Assembly (NCBI RefSeq): GCF_000315625.1
Contig: NW_005434588.1
Location: 1 to 64,000, forward strand
Length of the DNA stretch: 64,000 bases
Source of the DNA: Guillardia theta CCMP2712
Lineage: Eukaryota > Protista > Cryptophyta
Direction of reading: 5' to 3'
Part shown: positions 61,055-64,000 of the stretch, piece by piece
Numbering within the stretch: the stretch's first letter is position 1
Layout: every line of letters starts with the position of its first letter
Notes under the pieces: generated by a model
The model's database searches: none
What the model was told of the DNA's origin: nothing
Seen by the model: the letters and a program-made list of their open reading frames with translations, nothing else
Translations under genes and position numbers: made by a program

Positions 61055-64000
61055 ATGAAGGTGATATTCTTGACCCTCCTCTGGTTCTGCTCCCTTACCG
61101 TCATCGTGTCGCCCTCTCCTGCTGGCAGTGAGAGCGGAAACGACCATTGCGCACATGACAGCGAGCGATGGGAGAAGTGGATGTCGCTGAAGCATGCGTA
61201 TCACTGGGGTGTCATGTACAGCAACATGTATGTCACTGAGACTCTCAGGGCGTCGCAAGAGGAAGTCACTCAGCTATCCTCCTCCCCACTGCACGACATA
61301 CCGGTGTTTGTCCACAACAAACCGAGCAGGACAGACAGGAGGGCACATACCCAGCAGCTCTTGAAGGTCGTGGGTTTCTCGCGCGTTGAGTTTCCTCCCG
61401 ATGGTTCGCTGCACGAGCTGGAGGAGCGGGAGATGCTGGAGAAAGGACTCATCGCCCGGGAGGCAGTGGAGGTCATGAAGGCGTCGGCTCAGATTGGTCC
61501 ACAAGGCTTCTTGCCGTACGCGAGACACGCCATCAAGCAGCTGTCTGTGATCCGATCAGCAGCTGAGGCGAACCTGAGCTTCTTCGGGGTACTGGAAGAC
61601 GACTTGATGCTGGCCTACCCCCCCGCTTCCATCCGACGCAACGTCTTTCAAGCACTTGAACGCCTCCCACCCTCCGCTGACCTCCTCTACCTCGAGATGT
61701 GATGCCGATGATGCATATGATGATGAAAGAGGATGAAGATGATGATGAACAGAGGATGAAGATGATGATGAACAGAGGATGAAGATGGTGATTCTGTGGT
61801 GTGCTGATGCTTTATGTGTTGATGAGTGGGATACTGATGAAGATGTCGAGTACAAGGACGGCAGAAGTCAGAGGAGGTTTGACTTGCATGGCAGGTGTTT
61901 TGAGAACTGCAGTCACCTCTGCTACCTTGAGGGAGAAGATCTCATAGCAAGGTCAGCGTCTCCAGCTTGCAGCGCGGCTATCCTCTACACCCTCAAGGGT
62001 GCGAGGAGGATCCTGGAGGTGGGTGAGAGGAACAGGGTGACAGGAGAAGGAGGGTAAGGAGAAGCAGAGGGTTCAAGGCGAGTAAGATGAAGTGGAGGGA
62101 GGCAAGAGGGTGAGGGTGGTGGAAGGCAGATGACGTGGCATGTAGCTTTGCGATCCAGTCTTCCACGCTATCGACATCATGCTGCCTTCGCTCATTTCTT
62201 CTGGAAAGCTTGAGGCGTACGCCATGACGCCTCCTCCCTTCTACCAGGATGGGTTAGCACTTCTTCCACCGCCCTCCTCCGCCTCCTCCTCCTCCTCCTC
62301 CTCCGCCCTCCTCCTCCTCCTCCTTCTCTCCCCCCTTTCCTCCTTGATTTCTTCTGTCATGTTTTCAAGACCTCCTCCCACTACTCTCTCCTCCCTGGCT
62401 CTCTTCGTCACGCTTGTCCCGCAGGTCGCTGGGCTCGGACGTTTGGAGGAAACGAGACTTCAGGGCGTCGGTTCCAGTCGCCTGGCCGGTCTGTGCAGAG
62501 CAGAGTGAGGCACTGCGAGGAGAGAGCAAGTTTGACAGCAGGTTAACGGTCGGTCAGCTCCTGGTACAGGAGGATGCGCAGTACCTTGTGAGCATGCTCG
62601 AGATACTTCGCAGTCCTCTGCCCCACCAGGAGAGCATCGAGAGGAGCGTGAGATCAGGAGGAGGCCTCCTTGTCCTTAGCGACACTCTGGAGCGATGGGA
62701 GGAGGAGGAGCTGCAAGGGCTGGCGGGCATCAAATATTTCTTGTGCTCGGACGAGAGCTGCGAGGAGGGAAAGGAGGTGGGGGTCACCTTGGTGATGCGA
62801 GCGAGGAGGGTGGAGGGGTACATGTACCAGTTCGTTCGGGTCTTCCGACGGTCCATCCTCCTCCTCGAGGATGTAGCTCAAGTGCCCTGCCTGCGTGCCA
62901 AGACCTGCAGGATGAGAATGACGAGGATCACTATCAACAACAAGAGAACCTCGGCCCTCCGAGACGTGGCCATCTCCACCGACCGCCCAATGCAGGTGCC
63001 GGTATGCTTCCTCCTCCTCAACGGCAGCAGCGAGATACTGAAGGAGCAAGCCGTCATCGAGCTCTCCTCTTCTCCTCGCTCCCTCCTCTCCTCCTCAGCT
63101 CAAGGAGCAGCTACCAGCAGGCGCTTGCTCTTGGAGGGATTGGTCAGGTTCCTCTATCCCCTCGTTCGCTTCTCTTTCATTGCTCTGTGCAACGGAACGT
63201 CAGTGCAGGACGGGGCATGTGCAGCAACAGCGTCCCGCTGTGTCGAGCAAGGGGAGCTGCTTCCCGAGCTCTGCTCTTCTCCCCACCTGGACCCGCAGAA
63301 GGCAGTTGCCGTCTCAAAGTGGTCAGCTCTTTCCCAGCTGATCAGCTCAAGGCCTCCCGTTTCCTTCTCAGCTCTGCTGGATGGGAAGCACATGAACAAC
63401 CTACACGTCAGTGTCGGTGCCCACAAGGTGAAGATCCTTGTGTACGAGGGAGGAGGGGCGATGGCCGCAGGCCTGTCGTTCCTTGCCCAGCAGGTGAAGT
63501 ACGTCTGCGTCCTCGACCCTCTCCGTGTCACCTCCTGCGACTTGGAAGTCAGTGTTGAGGACGGGCTGAATCACTACATCATCGAGCTCAACGATCACGA
63601 GGAGGAGGTGCTCTACAGCAGCGCTGGCGTTGTCTCTGCGCACCCGCACGCCCCGTCCCCTCCCATCCTCCTTCCCTCCTCCGTCAGTCAGGACGTCTGC
63701 GTCCACTTCCTCAGCCCGGCACATGACGATCTACTCCAGCTCTCGCCGGCCTCGTCTTGTGTCCCCGTCCTCCTGCAGATCGAGGAGGGCTGTCTCGCCT
63801 CGCATGCCCAGCCGCAGCTGTTCCTCCTGCAGAACTCCAAGAGGATCGTCGACTTTGAACTGCAGACGGGAGGAGGAGGCTGGCAGCTTTGGTTCCCCTG
63901 CGTCGCCCTGGAGGAAGGATACAACCTGCTCGAAGTTGTCTCCTCCTCTGACTTGACTGCTGGACCCATCGTCCTCCTTGCCGACCTCTCCCTGCATGTT
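61055..64000 (+). CDS. Secretory GT25-like glycosyltransferase with extended C-terminal region (may run past the window)
   Basis: Signal peptide; FVHNKPSRTDRR, GVLEDDL, ADLLYLE, AILYTLKGARRIL, AIDIML, PPFYQ; downstream exon linkage uncertain. Confidence 0.65.

Overview
Eukaryotic nuclear DNA from a gene-dense protist. Many short GT-AG introns, purine/pyrimidine-tract introns and LRLRGG-leader proteins point to a cryptophyte such as Guillardia or Hanusia (inference). There are two 100-N assembly gaps. Bases 1-~4193 look like one end of an endogenous large-DNA-virus/Polinton-like element: an intronless Mre11-Rad50 fusion broken at a slippery A-run, a GIY-YIG endonuclease, GNA-minihairpin repeats and terminal palindromes. 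Host genes include an LRR protein present as a 2.3 kb inverted duplication 22.7 kb apart, a coiled-coil protein, phytochelatin synthase, a MORN protein, a K+/CNBD channel with C2 and SAM domains, a family-16 methyltransferase, glycosyltransferases, ARGLU1, an FN3 plus vasohibin-like protease, ribonucleotide reductase R1 and a BIR plus CAP-C fusion. The most striking candidate system is a multipass membrane protein with two RelA/SpoT-like nucleotidyltransferase domains in an M1-C1-M2-C2 layout; its two catalytic cores are almost identical at the DNA level. Other notable items are an RNF213/RZ-finger-like fragment next to a dead LINE, a ~2 kb fold-back made by an inverted copy of a secreted fibre-like gene, and a recurrent CTTTACTCAAAGTTAAGTTAAA motif beside GC-rich palindromic islands. 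Boundaries of spliced genes were read by eye and are approximate.
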